Of a stretch of 64,000 nt of DNA, positions 1 to 12,320 are shown in pieces. The notes under the pieces are model-generated. The model saw only the letters and a program-made list of their open reading frames with translations, did not search any database and was not told the origin of the DNA. Made by a program: the position numbers and the translations under genes. The stretch is from Octopus bimaculoides (Eukaryota): NCBI RefSeq assembly GCF_001194135.2, contig NC_068981.1, positions 21,684,974 through 21,748,973 of the forward strand, read 5' to 3'. Within the stretch, counting starts at the first letter, position 1, and the number at the start of each line of letters is the position of its first letter.

Positions 1-8
1 ATATATAG

Positions 9-322
9 TGAAGGCACATGGCTCAGTGGTTAGGGCATGAAGCTTACGATCGCGAGGTTGTGAGTTCGAATCCCGGACCGGGCTACATGTTGTGTTCTTG
101 AGAAAGACACTTTATTTAACATTACTCCAGTTCACTCAGCTGTAGAAATGAGTTGCGACGTCACAGGTGCCAAGCTGTATCGCCCTTTGCCTTTTCCTTG
201 GATAACACAGGTGGCATGGAGAGGGGAGACCGGTATGCATAGGCGACTGCTGGTCTTCCATAAACAACCTTGCCAGGACTTGTGCCTGGGAGGGTAACTT
301 TCTAGGTGCAATCCTATGGTCA
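9..322 (+). mobile_element. tRNA-derived SINE, type A head (3' end truncated)
   Basis: Pol III A box TGGCTCAGTGG (19-29) and B box GTTCGAATCC (64-73), followed by a non-tRNA body. The first ~150 nt match the copy at 57431-57748 (minus). Confidence 0.85.
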
Positions 323-491
323 GTAAAAAGCACCTACTACACTCTCAGAGTGGTTAGTGTTAGGAAGGGCATCCAGCTGTAGAAACTCTGCCAAATCAGA
401 TTGGAGTCTGGTGTAGTCATCCGCTTCGCCAGTCCACAATCAGATCGTCCAACCCATGCTAGCATGGAAAATGGACATTAAATGATGATGA
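323..491 (+). mobile_element. RTE LINE 3' terminal fragment
   Basis: Matches the 3' UTR of the RTE copy at 56030-57430 (aggaagggcatccagctgtagaaactctgcc...ccatgctagcatggaaa) and ends in an (ATG)n tail. Confidence 0.85.
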
Positions 492-580
492 TATATATAT
501 ATATATATATGTATATAAATATATGTATATATATATGATATATATATATATGTGTATATATATATATATATATATGTATG

Positions 581-675
<95 letters not shown>
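492..675. repeat. (TA)n microsatellite
   Basis: Directly visible; source of spurious YIYI ORFs. Confidence 0.95.
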
Positions 676-701
676 TAGGTTTGGAGGTGATGTACAGGTA
701 T

Positions 702-1531
702 TATATACTAGAAAAAATAAGGTACTCAGAGATCTGGATGGTTGTAAATTTACAGATTTTTATTAATATGTCACATGTTTTTATAAATCATATATTAGCG
801 CTTCCATCTACTCTAGTAGAATCTTCAGATTAAAATTTTTTGAGGGGAATCGTCTCTTTTTATAGTATTATTGAGTGTGTAGGGGTGGAGAGAGAGAGAT
901 ATAGGATAGTAAAAGAGTGTGAGGAATGGGGAGAAAGTAATAGAGAGTGTGTGTATGTTTTTGCATGTGTGTGTTTGTGTTTGTGTGTACCTGTGTATCT
1001 GAAAGGAGTGTCAATGGAAAAGAGAAGGAAAGAAAGAATGAAGAGAGAACGAAGAAAACATTGTGCTTACATATATACAGCTGGTCAGTTCTTTCAATGG
1101 AAGATGACAAGTTGATTCTTGGCCTTTAAAAATGGCAAAACCAGGTGGCTATCTAAGCGGGGTCTTGTATTGAAAAAAGTTACTTTTCAAAAAATTGTCT
1201 GGATTAGTTATCATTGTCCAATGAAAGAACTTGAAAGAACTGACCAGCTGTATATATGTAAACACAATTTTTTCTTCTTTCTTTCCTTCTCTTTTCCATT
1301 GACACTCCTTTCAGATACACAGGTACACACACACACAAACACTCTCACCCCTACACACTCAATAATACTATAAAAAGAGACGAATCCCCTCAAAAAGATT
1401 TAAATCTGAAGATTCTACTAGAGTAGATGCAAGCCCTATTTTATGATTTATAAAAACATGTAACATATTAATAAAAATCTGTAAATGTGCAACCATCCAG
1501 ATCTCTGAGTACTTTATTTTTTCTGATATAT
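702..1531. mobile_element. Foldback/MITE-like element with very long inverted arms
   Basis: 702-1110 is the reverse complement of 1208-1531, with a ~97-bp spacer and TA-rich flanks. The opposite-strand ORFs 868..1110 and 1119..1373 share ERTDQLYICKHN. Confidence 0.75.
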
Positions 1532-1723
1532 ATCTATATATCAAATGGATGTGTTATAACACCATTCCACATGTATAAAAACAACCATACCAACAATCCA
1601 ACATACCTCCATGATCAGCTGCCTCCATGGATATCATTATGGTTTTGACACCTGGGCAGTACCATTCAATCTGGCAGTGTCAACAATGTCACTAAAAGGA
1701 GTGTTGTTTGGGAACAAACATAC

Positions 1724-1724
1724 C

Positions 1725-1767
<43 letters not shown>

Positions 1768-1771
1768 GCAC

Positions 1772-1841
<70 letters not shown>

Positions 1842-1925
1842 TTATATATATTTTTTTTATACCAAAAATTAGGCAAAAGAATATAGTATATGTATATATA
1901 TATATATGTGCACACACATACATAC
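1724..1925. repeat. Compound TA/TG/CA microsatellite
   Basis: Directly visible. Confidence 0.9.
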
Positions 1926-2354
1926 ATATATATTAGAAGTGAAGTTGAAAATTTGTTTCATGACATGAGACACACACACACACCCACACACACACACACA
2001 CATGCATATGCACACATAATGATTGTAACACGGATAACACATGTTAGCCTTTCAAAAACACAGAAATATTGTTAATTTTCCTAAAGTATTTATTGTTTGT
2101 AATATGATGTCAAAACTTTGTCATTCCAAACTGCAAATTAGTTTTATACTGCAGTGCATTAATGTTGCCAATGACCAGGTTGAAAATTTTGACACCATAT
2201 TACAAACAATAAATGTTAAAGAGAAGTTAACTATATTTGCATATTTCTGAATGATTAGCTTGTGTCTTCTATGCTGCTGCAGCTTTAGCTGTAATACGAA
2301 GTCTTAGATCAAAACACTTGCCATACAAGTACATCTCTGTCATCATCATTATAA

Positions 2355-2725
2355 AAAATAATAATAAATAATAAGGAAATTATTGTGTATAGTGCTCAGG
2401 TGCAGCACAACTCATCAAAGGTGCATGTACAATACATAGAATTAAGTACAAAAGTCAGGAAAGTGAACAGTCGTGATATACATATGTACATGTTTATGAA
2501 GGGGGTGGATATCAGGTGTAGTGCTGGTAAATTCCAGGAAGCATGGAGGTTTTAAAGGATGCCATGTCTCGGCAGCTAACAACTGATGTAGGTAGCTTGT
2601 TCCATGCTTCAGCAACTCTGGGTGTGAAAGAATGCTTCCAAAAGTCATGGTAGCTATGCTGTTTTCTGATTTTGTAGGCATGCCCACATGTGTTAGACAC
2701 ATGGAGCTCAAAAAGGTTCTCAACG
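2355..2725 (-). mobile_element. CR1/L2-group LINE 3' fragment
   Basis: TCGHAYKIRKQ...FWKHSFTPRVAEAWNKLPTSVVSCRDMASFK resembles the conserved CR1-group ORF2 C-terminus (TRGH..K...F+.RV...WN.LP..VV....+..FK). It is followed by a (TTA)-type tail. Confidence 0.8.
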
Positions 2726-3022
2726 TGGTTATCATTGTCATCATTTAGTGTCTGTTTTCCATGCTGTCATAGGTTAACCAGTTTGACTGGGACTGTAACC
2801 TAGAGAGCTGCGTCAGGCACAGTACCAGAATTTTCAAATCAAGTCAAATATAATAAATATAATAAACTACTCCAAATCGTTGTTAGAATATCTGCATAAG
2901 TGGAGTCTGGACTGGCTAGTTTGTGCTGGCATCAACTAGTATTAGTAGTAATAATGAAGTCAAACTAAATACTGATATTTTGAAAATATTTAATATGTTA
3001 TGTTTCTGGATTGAGTAATATA

Positions 3023-3560
3023 CAGGGTTATTCAAAAAGAATGAACTGATTTCATTACACAATATTTTAATAAGGAAAGGCAATAGTAAACTTCAGCTAA
3101 GTCACAAGTATTTACTCACAATCAACTTTCATTTCTTGTCTTACAAGTTTTCAATGTGGCCACCACTTGCAACATCAATGCGATAAAAGAATTCCTCCCA
3201 GATGCATATCAACATATCATAATCCACTGAGTTGATTGCTGTTGTTATTCGATGTTTACGGTCATTGAGGCTAGTGGGTAGTAGTGGAACATAAACGCGA
3301 TCTTTTACATATCCCCACAAGAAAAAAATCACATATGGTGAGGTCTGGGGATCTTGCAGGCCAAGCAGATATGTGTCTGGGAGGAATTCTCTTATTGCAT
3401 TGATGTTGCCCGTGCTGCAGGTGGTATGATCTCAAGCCCAAACTCACAACCTTCACATCAGGCCATGATTGGTTGGAGAGAACATGCTGAGGCCCTTGTC
3501 CTGCAGTAAACTGAACATGGGCAATCAAATGCAATCCAATTTCAGCCACATCACAAGTAG
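3023..3560 (-). mobile_element. Tc1/mariner transposon 3' fragment with TIR
   Basis: WPARSPDLTICDFF/LWGYVKDRVY...GGHIENL* (one frameshift). The terminus is TA|CAGGGTTATTCAAAAAG at 3021-3039. Confidence 0.85.
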
Positions 3561-4169
3561 CTGCTCCAAAATGTCCTCACAGAATTACTTTGTCATGAGA
3601 TGTAATATCATTGACAAGAATATTATATAATGAAATTCAGAGAAAGGATAATCCTGAGAAGACAAATATAAGAAGCTAGTTATGTGACAGGATTTTTTGG
3701 GCTGATGCCTCCTCTGAGTGTCTTAACTTGATCAAATTCAGAACAAGTTGTTGATATGGTGGATCCTGTGTTTTCTACTATGAGTCTTTGGTTCATCATG
3801 AGAATGTATCTTCATTGTGTCTTTTCTATAAGTATTTCAATAGCCAAAAGTTTTAAACAGGTCATCCAGTTCTCTTCCCAAGTGCATCATTTCTCTGTTG
3901 AGCTTCTTGTTGGTCACAAGTCCTTTCCTTGAACTGTTATTCTCTGGAACCCACTACCATCAGCATGTTTTCCACTGGTCTATGAAATTCAGTTATTTAA
4001 GCTTTCTGTTAGCCAACATCTTTTGAATTTTGAATTTGTAGACCCCTTTTTTTTAGTCCCTTATGCTACAGTGGACTTTGCCTTGTTTAAGACAAAATCA
4101 TTTATATAAAAAAAAATAACCAGGCATAATTTGAAAGAATACTGATGAAATGTCCTTGTCAAGAATTCA

Positions 4170-4490
4170 ATAAAATGCAAGCACAGCAGAGAAGATATAA
4201 TGATCTAGGGCAAAGAAAAGAAACTGTGCACAGTAGTTGAAATCAGTTGCCCAGCAGGAGTCAACATAATCTTAAAGATAGTGAAAAAGAAAATATCTAT
4301 GCTAAGCTAATAATAAACTTGCAGTCATTCTATCTGGATTATAACTTTTAGATTTCTACCAATAATTACTGGAACATTTGACTACGTGACTAAATGCCTT
4401 AGTACCAACCTTGAGAAGCTGGGTTTCACAAAACCAAAAAGAACATGCATAATCAAAAAATTTCTATCAAAGGTACTGTGAAAATGTGTG
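4170..4490 (+). mobile_element. R4/Dong-type RLE retrotransposon, degraded C-terminal fragment
   Basis: gaaactgtgcacagtagttgaaatcagttgcccagc (KLCTVVEISCP) is homologous to 12136-12318 and 14040-14375. Confidence 0.7.
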
Positions 4491-4560
4491 AAACATTCAG
4501 TTTGTCATAAGATCTACTTATGCAATGCCATCAAAGCTTATACCAATATGTACATGTGTC

Positions 4561-4582
4561 CACACACACACACACACACACA

Positions 4583-4654
<72 letters not shown>
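4561..4654. repeat. (CA)n microsatellite
   Basis: Directly visible. Confidence 0.95.
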
Positions 4655-4657
<3 letters not shown>

Positions 4658-5268
4658 AGTCACACATACTTATATGCATACATACATACACACATGCATA
4701 TTTGTTGTACATACATGTACATGTTTGTTGTCTATATTCACATGATTACAGGCTAGAAATAAGGCTTGTCCATCACAAGACAGAAATTCAAAAAATAAAA
4801 CCAAGAAATCATACATACCTACATTAAGAAATTAGGAAGTTGCTGTTATAATGACTACCACTAGGTAGTCCAACAAAAGAGTGTTGTTTTTGGTTTAGAA
4901 ATTGGTTCTTTCTCTATTGGTGAGGAATTTGGAAAGCAAAAGTCGAACATGAATACATACATATGCAGATAAACATACATCATCGTCATCATCACCCTTT
5001 AACGTCAGTTTTCGATGCTGGAATGGGCTGGATGGTTTGACAAAAGCTGGCAAAGTAAATCATATATCTTGCTCCAAATTAATCTTCATCAAATTAATTA
5101 GCCTCAACCAATACAATTCAAAATATTATGAAATAAACTAACTGAGAATCCCTAACAATTCGAAAATCAAATGTCTAACTTAAGAACCTTTGAAAAACTA
5201 AAAAAGTCTACTGATAAATACCACTAACAAATATCAGATTCCAGTATTAAAACTTACAAACATATAAG

Positions 5269-5436
5269 ATAGGCGTAGGAGTGGCAGTGTGGTAAGTAGC
5301 TTGCTTACCAGCCACATGGTTCCAGATTCAGTCCCACTGCGTGGCATCTTGGGCAAGTGTCTTCTACTATAGCCTCGAGCTGACCAAAGCCTTGTGAGTG
5401 GATTTGGTAGACGGAAACTGAAAGAAGCTCGTCGTA

Positions 5437-5471
<35 letters not shown>

Positions 5472-5927
5472 NNNNNNNNNNNNNNNNNNNNNNNNNNNNN
5501 NNNNNNNNNNNNNNNNNNNNNNNNNNNNNNNNNNNNNNNNNNNNNNNNNNNNNNNNNNNNNNNNNNNNNNNNNNNNNNNNNNNNNNNNNNNNNNNNNNNN
5601 NNNNNNNNNNNNNNNNNNNNNNNNNNNNNNNNNNNNNNNNNNNNNNNNNNNNNNNNNNNNNNNNNNNNNNNNNNNNNNNNNNNNNNNNTATATATATATA
5701 TATATATATGTATGTTTGTGTGTCTGTGTTTGTCCCCCAACATCGCTTGACAACTGACGCTGGTGTGTTTACGTCCCCATAACTTAGCGGTTCGGCTAAA
5801 GAGACCGATAGAATAAGTACTAGGCTTACAAAGAATAAGTCCTGGGGTTGATTAGCTTGACTAAAAGACGGTGCTCCAGCATGGCCACAGTCAAATGACT
5901 GAAACAAGTAAAAGAGTAAAAGAGTAT
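5269..5927 (+). mobile_element. tRNA-derived SINE type B, apparently full length, with an internal microsatellite spanning an N-gap
   Basis: Head aggcgtaggagtggc..gtgtggtaag..ttcagtcccactgcg, body, (TA)n/gap, then 3' half tgtttgtccccc...gactgaaacaagtaaaagagtaaaagag. About ten other half-copies occur in the window. Confidence 0.85.
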
Positions 5928-6774
5928 ATAAACAACCATACCTTCAAATATATTGCACTCAGTCAAACAGGTAACCTTAAGAACATAACCAACTGAGTAA
6001 TAAACTTAACAAAATCGGAAATTACTTCCTCAGTAATTACTACCTATTAGATATCAATGTAATTTTGATATCTATAGATGGGTTCACTACTTATGTTGGT
6101 ATTAAATAGCCTTAGAAATATATAATCTAATGTTGTTAGGGAATGATCGTATCAGATTGTAGTATGAGGTCTTCTGGAGTGACAGAACCAGCTTTACTTC
6201 ACTTTACATTACCAACAATGGCCAGGAGTGCTATATCATACTGTTGGCAGAATCAGCTTTGTTTCCATTGTTGTTTAACCTCAAGTCAACTCTGACTGGA
6301 ACTATGATCAAATGTCATTCCAGCTATGATCACACCATTCTTCTTCCAAGCATTGCATATCCAGTATGACATTATCCACTGTCCCTCTTTTTCCAAACAG
6401 TAATGTAATTTAAGGAATTTAGTTATTATTTCTAGTGTCTTGAATTACCATATAAAAACTCCTTGCTTTTGTTGATAGTAATGATGTTAACATCCTTCCA
6501 ATGTTGAGCTATTTTCTTTTGGTTCAGTGCCTTGATAAAGAGTTCTTGTGCAGAGGTAACCATCCTTCTTCAAGATATCTACTCCAGATTTTTTAAAAAT
6601 ACATTTATATTTTGAAAGCAGCAATAACTTCAGTGAAGATCAGGCGTTCATTAAAGTGCTGGATGATGAATATTTCATATAACTCCTTTCTGACCACTGG
6701 ACCCACAGGCTGAAGTTAGTTTAGGGATTTGTGGAAGAGTGTCTCCATGGTACAGCTGGATATATATACCATTA

Positions 6775-6925
6775 TACAGGTTGACTGCCCTGCTGATATG
6801 AATCTCTCTTTGAAAATCAAAGAGAAAGAGGATAACTGTGGACAACTGCTTAAAAACCTCCAGCTTCTATATACTATAAAATCTTGCTTATACCAGTAAT
6901 AATTGGTGCACTTGGCACTGCATTA
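6775..6925 (+). mobile_element. R4/Dong-type RLE fragment
   Basis: gactgccctgctgatatgaatctctctttgaaaatcaaagagaaagaggat..ggacaactgcttaaaaacctccagcttctatat is homologous to 14095-14230. Confidence 0.7.
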
Positions 6926-7259
6926 TCATTATCAAATCTTTCAATTCCGATAGGCTGTCTGATATCATGTCTGGTTCAATGGAACTGTTTCAGTCTATTG
7001 AATGAAATAAGTATAAGAATATGAAAATACAAGCTGGGTTTATGCCCAGATACCTTTACTGATGATGTTGATAAATGATACTGGGTGGTAGTTTTATAGA
7101 TCAACTCTAGATTTCCTTTTGTGTATAAGTATTGTTAAGTATTATCTCTCACTGGCTTGGAATTTTGGAATTTGACTCTGAGGTGAAATAGTCAATACAA
7201 GGAGCTAGGTAGTTTTTGCACTATTTTCCCAGGTGTTTTCTATTTGTGTGTGTGTCTGA

Positions 7260-7305
<46 letters not shown>

Positions 7306-7823
7306 CTGCATATGTGAGTGTGTGTGTGTGTATGTATANNNNNNNNNNNNNNNNNNNNNNNNNNNNNNNNNNNNNNNNNNNNNNNNNNNNNNNNNNNNNN
7401 NNNNNNNNNNNNNNNNNNNNNNNNNNNNNNNNNNNNNNNNNNNNNNNNNNNNNNNNNNNNNNNNNNNNNNNNNNNNNNNNNNNNNNNNNNNNNNNNNNNN
7501 NNNNNNNNNNNNNNNNNNNNNNNNNNNNNNNNNNNNNNNNNNNNNNNNNNNNNNNNNNNNNNNNNNNNNNNNNNNNNNNNNNNNNNNNNNNNNNNNNNNN
7601 NNNNNNNNNNNNNNNNNNNNNNNNNNNNNNNNNNNNNNNNNNNNNNNNNNNNNNNNNNNNNNNNNNNNNNNNNNNNNNNNNNNNNNNNNNNNNNNNNNNN
7701 NNNNNNNNNNNNNNNNNNNNNNNNNNNNNNNNNNNNNNNNNNNNNNNNNNNNNNNNNNNNNNNNNNNNNNNNNNNNNNNNNNNNNNNNNNNNNNNNNNNN
7801 NNNNNNNNNNNNNNNNNNNNNNN

Positions 7824-8040
7824 ATATATAAATATATATATGTATTTGTTATTTGTGTCTGTCCCTCCATCATCGCTTGACAACTGATGTTGGTGTGTTT
7901 ACGTCCCTGTAACTTAGTGTCTTGGCAAAAGAGACTGATAGAATAAGTACTTACAGATAATAAGTCCTGGGGTCAATTTCTTTGACTAAAGGCGGTGCTC
8001 CAGCATGACTACAGTCAAATGACTGAAACAAATAAAAGAA
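7824..8040 (+). mobile_element. SINE type B 3' half
   Basis: Homologous to 5700-5927 and emerges from a microsatellite-flanked gap. Confidence 0.85.
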
Positions 8041-8061
8041 TATATATCTATATGTATGTGT

Positions 8062-9035
8062 GTGTGTTTGTGTATTCGCAAGATTTGGCATTCCAGACAT
8101 AATTGTATCTGATAATAGGACACAATTTGTGTCCAGTTATTTTAGAAAATTCTGTGAAATGTTCACAGTAGAACATAAAATGACGGCACCTTACCATCCC
8201 AGATCAAATGGTCAGACAGAGCATTTTGTGGACACTTTTAAAAGAGCTTTGAAAAAGGCAAACAAGGAAGATATAGACGAAGTCGCTCTGCTGCAATTCC
8301 TAAGGGTATACAGAGTGACACCGAACCCCAATACAGCAGCAGGAAGCTCACCAGCTGAACTGATATTCGCTAGGAAAATGAAATCAGTTTTTGATAAACT
8401 GTTACCTGGCGAGGAAAGAAAAAGAACCAGGAATTTTTCAAAACTGGTGATAAGTTGTACATGAGGTCGTATAGAATGGCAAACAAGATTGAGAAGAACG
8501 AAAAATTACAAAGTATATAGGAAAAATGATGTAGGGAATAAAAAGCAGAAAATGTATTGAAAAAAAGACACAGAAACCAATTGAAGAAGAGATTCCTAAA
8601 AATGAACCAGACAAATTGGAAGAAACAATGAAATGCCTGTATGACACATTCCAGGTACCAATACTGTTACAAGTGGTTGAACCCATGCGTACAAGTAGAA
8701 GAAAAAGGAAGAACACTGAGTTCCTACAAATAGACTTTAAGAAGAAAAAGAAAATTAAGTAGACAAAGTGGTATGAAGCAGCCGCTATAAAGATAGACAG
8801 TCAGTCGTTGTATGATTCTCAGTTGAAGTCAGTGCTAGTTATGTGATATATACGAGTTCGAGTTGCCGTCAAGATAGACGTTACAAAGTCGTTGTCTTGC
8901 GGAGCTATCAGCAATAACATGCTTGGCGAGTCAAAGATAATAAGACGCGGAATACTGCCAGAACATAATAGTGGCGACAAGAATATTACAGTGCCAACGA
9001 CAACATATAAGTGGACAAGGATCCACTTTATAACA
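8062..9035 (+). mobile_element. Gypsy (Mag-like) LTR retrotransposon fragment: integrase core, 3' region and partial 3' LTR
   Basis: FARFGIPDIIVSDNRTQF...TAPYHPRSNGQTEHFVDTFKRAL is an rve integrase core. 8480-8760 matches 63200-63460. 8765-9035 matches the LTRs at 62350 and 63556 and ends ...TTATAACA. Confidence 0.9.
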
Positions 9036-9218
9036 CATTCACAGTAAAAAGAGTAAATACATGAAGTGTCTGAAGTTTCTTTTAGACAGAATTACAGATG
9101 ACTTTCAAGTCTTGCTAGCAATGGCTTGTCAGACACTGTCTGACAGGTTGTTGTTGGCGTAACTTTGCCTGACGCTACAATCATTTTGTAATTTTAGCAA
9201 ACGTCTTATAGCTATCTA

Positions 9219-9251
<33 letters not shown>

Positions 9252-9689
9252 GCGTCCGTCCATTTGTCTGTCTGTCTGTCTTATACTAAAACTCAAAGTT
9301 TGTCTGTTTTCCTACCATTTGATTATGATGAAGTTTATAAATAAAATAGTCATTTCCTCCTTTAAGAAGAAGAAGAAGAAAAAAATGGAATTGAAAATGT
9401 CGACACTTCAAAGAGTCCTTGGTAGCTACCGCTGTCCGTTCTTTTTCTTTACTTTCTTTTTTTCTTCCCTTAGTCATTGATAGAACTTTCGAGTCCCGTA
9501 GACTGAAAGAAAGTAATTCTCCCTATTTTTTTATGAGATACTTTTTGAATCACAGTACTTAATTTTTTTTTAAAGGGGAAAATTACAATTTTAGAGAGAC
9601 TGTCTCTTTATAAACGAAGATGAGCTGCAATGGGAAGAAGAGTTGAATCTCATAAGAATGGAAAAACAAGCAACAACAAACGGATTGTA

Positions 9690-10262
9690 TATTATGAAAC
9701 TCTTTTAAGAATATTCAAATTCCACTGCAACGTTGAAATCGTTACCTCAGTTGCCTCAATTAAGTACGTCATCAAGTACACTCTGAAAGGAAATGACCAA
9801 CCTGCTGTTCAAGTAAACAATGATAACAAAATTATTCAATATCTAATGGGTAGGTAAATTGGACCACTCGAAGCAATTGTATCCATTTTAAGATTTTCAA
9901 TTCATGAAAGAGCACCTGCAATAGCGAGACTGCAAGTTTATCTACCAGATGAACAAAGAATAATACTCAGAAATAACCAGGATATATATGGCTGTCAATG
10001 AACGACATGTGAGAACAACATTGACAGAAATTGTTTCATTGTGCATCAATGATAACTTCGCAAAGACATTACTTTATACTGAAGCACCCACGTATTTCAT
10101 TTGGAAAAGTAGTAACAAAGAATGGCAAAGAAGAAAGTGAGGAAAAAAGTTGAAGGCCATTTGAACGTTTTCAAAGAAGACATTTGGTCGTGTTTATGTT
10201 GTCTCACCAAAGGCAAGAGAGCTGTATTGTTTAAGAATTTTATTGCATGAAGTTCGAAATAG
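9690..10262 (+). mobile_element. Helitron Rep region fragment (degraded)
   Basis: FHCNVEIVTSVASIKYVIKYTLKGND...QYLMGR*IGPLEA..IHERAPAIARLQVYLPDEQ...GRVYVVSPKARELYCLR match Helitron Rep motifs. Several stops and frameshifts are present. Confidence 0.85.
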
Positions 10263-10350
10263 TATTTTTTTCCTTTCCTGCCATGCATCAACATTTTCAA
10301 CTTGGAGTGGTTGTGACCCAACAGGTCACGGTGGATACATCAAGTATATA

Positions 10351-11215
10351 CGAGGTATAATCAATAAGTATCCGGATTGTTGCCATTGTAACGAAGCTAA
10401 AGCAAGCAGAGTAAAGCCACTTGGCAAAGATTGACTCAACCTCTGCTGTGCATGTGCGGTAAGTTTTAACGTTCTAGCTCACTTCCGCTGTTTACAGCAG
10501 TGCTTGGAAGGAAGGTGTGTAGCGTGCCATCGTCACATTGTCCATGACAGAGAAAGTTGTCATGGCGATACCTGCTCAGAAGCCTACACGAAGTTGCAAA
10601 AAGTGTATGGAGAGGTGTGTATGTGCTGCATAGAAGTGTACAAGTGGTTCAGACGTTTCCAAGATGGCTGTTCTGGGAGACCCACAACCAGAAGAACTGA
10701 GAAAAACATTGCAGATGTGTGTATAGCATTGAGGGGAAACCGTTGAATCACCATCTGTGAGTTATCAGAGGATGTGCAGATTAGTTACAGTTCAGTTCAG
10801 TCCATTATCCCTGAAGATTTGGATACGAGACGTGTGTCTGCAAAGTTTGTGCCAAAACTGCTTTCAGCTGACCAAAAAACAATCGTGTTTCAGTTGCACA
10901 AGATCTTGATTGTGTCAAAAACGATGAAATTTTTAAAAAACTTTGTGTAGGCCTCTGACCAGGTATCACCAAACTTTTGGCAAGATTTGATGCAGATTCT
11001 CTGCCCAACTTTCTCTGACATGGTCAATGCGACGATGACACGCTACACACCTCCCTTCAAAGCACTGCTGTAAACAGCAGAAGTGAGCTATAATGTTAAA
11101 ACGTTGTGTACATGCACAGCAGAGTTCAAGGTCAATATGTGCCAAGCAGCTTCATTCTGCATAATTTAGCTTCATTACTATGGCAACAGTCCGGATACTT
11201 ATTGATCAGACCACG
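10351..11215. mobile_element. Mariner-derived non-autonomous foldback element (copy 1)
   Basis: TA|CGAGGTATAATCAATAAGTATCCGGA...TCCGGATACTTATTGATCAGACCACG|TA. Internal mariner HTH remnants include VYKWFRRFQDG, SGRPTT and RRVSAKFVPKLLSADQK. The right arm is an inverted copy of the left end. Confidence 0.9.
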
Positions 11216-11744
11216 TATATATATATATATATATATATATATATNNNNNNNNNNNNNNNNNNNNNNNNNNNNNNNNNNNNNNNNNNNNNNNNNNNNNNNN
11301 NNNNNNNNNNNNNNNNNNNNNNNNNNNNNNNNNNNNNNNNNNNNNNNNNNNNNNNNNNNNNNNNNNNNNNNNNNNNNNNNNNNNNNNNNNNNNNNNNNNN
11401 NNNNNNNNNNNNNNNNNNNNNNNNNNNNNNNNNNNNNNNNNNNNNNNNNNNNNNNNNNNNNNNNNNNNNNNNNNNNNNNNNNNNNNNNNNNNNNNNNNNN
11501 NNNNNNNNNNNNNNNNNNNNNNNNNNNNNNNNNNNNNNNNNNNNNNNNNNNNNNNNNNNNNNNNNNNNNNNNNNNNNNNNNNNNNNNNNNNNNNNNNNNN
11601 NNNNNNNNNNNNNNNNNNNNNNNNNNNNNNNNNNNNNNNNNNNNNNNNNNNNNNNNNNNNNNNNNNNNNNNNNNNNNNNNNNNNNNNNNNNNNNNNNNNN
11701 NNNNNNNNNNNNNNNNNNNCTCTCTCTCTCTCTCTCTCTCTCTC

Positions 11745-12002
11745 CCCCTTATGTGTGTGCATATGCGTGTGCATGTGTGTGTATATGTTTGTGTGTCTGT
11801 GTTTGTCCCCACCAACATCGCTTGACAACCGATGGTGGTGTGTTTACGTCCCCTTAACTTAGCGGTTCGACAAAAGAGTTCGATAGAACAAGTACTAGGC
11901 TTACAAAGAATAAGTCCTGGGGTCGATTTGCTCGACTAAAGGCGGTGCTCCAGCATGGCCACAGTCAAATGACTGAAACAAATAAAAGAGTAAAAGAGTA
12001 TA
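11745..12002 (+). mobile_element. SINE type B 3' half
   Basis: Homologous to 5700-5927, with tail aaagagtaaaagagta. Confidence 0.85.
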
Positions 12003-12094
12003 AGAGAGAGAGTCATGAGTGCAACATCCTGACCTCTAAGCCATGCACCTCCACACATGCACATACATACATACATACATACATACATACATAC

Positions 12095-12320
12095 CAGTGA
12101 GACCTCAATAAATGTAAGCATAACAGGCAGATATAATGATTTGGGATAGAGAAGAGAAACTGTGCACAGTTGTGGAAATTAGCTGCCCAGTGGATGTTAA
12201 CATAAAACTGAAGATCAGTGAAAAAGAGAACACCTATGCTGAACTATTGAGAAATCTGCAATTACTCTATCCAGATTACAAGTTCAGGTTTATACCTGTA
12301 ATTATTGGGGCCCTGTGATA
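12095..12320 (+). mobile_element. R4/Dong-type RLE endonuclease fragment
   Basis: DIMIWDREEKLCTVVEISCPVDVNIKLKISEKENTYAELLRNLQLLYPDYKFRFIPVIIGAL has a PD-(D/E)xK restriction-like endonuclease pattern. It runs into a gap. Confidence 0.85.

Noticed and set aside
9-80. tRNA genes at the SINE heads (also 21133, 57680-57748)
   Set aside because: A and B boxes are present, but the acceptor stems are broken and the sequence continues into SINE bodies.
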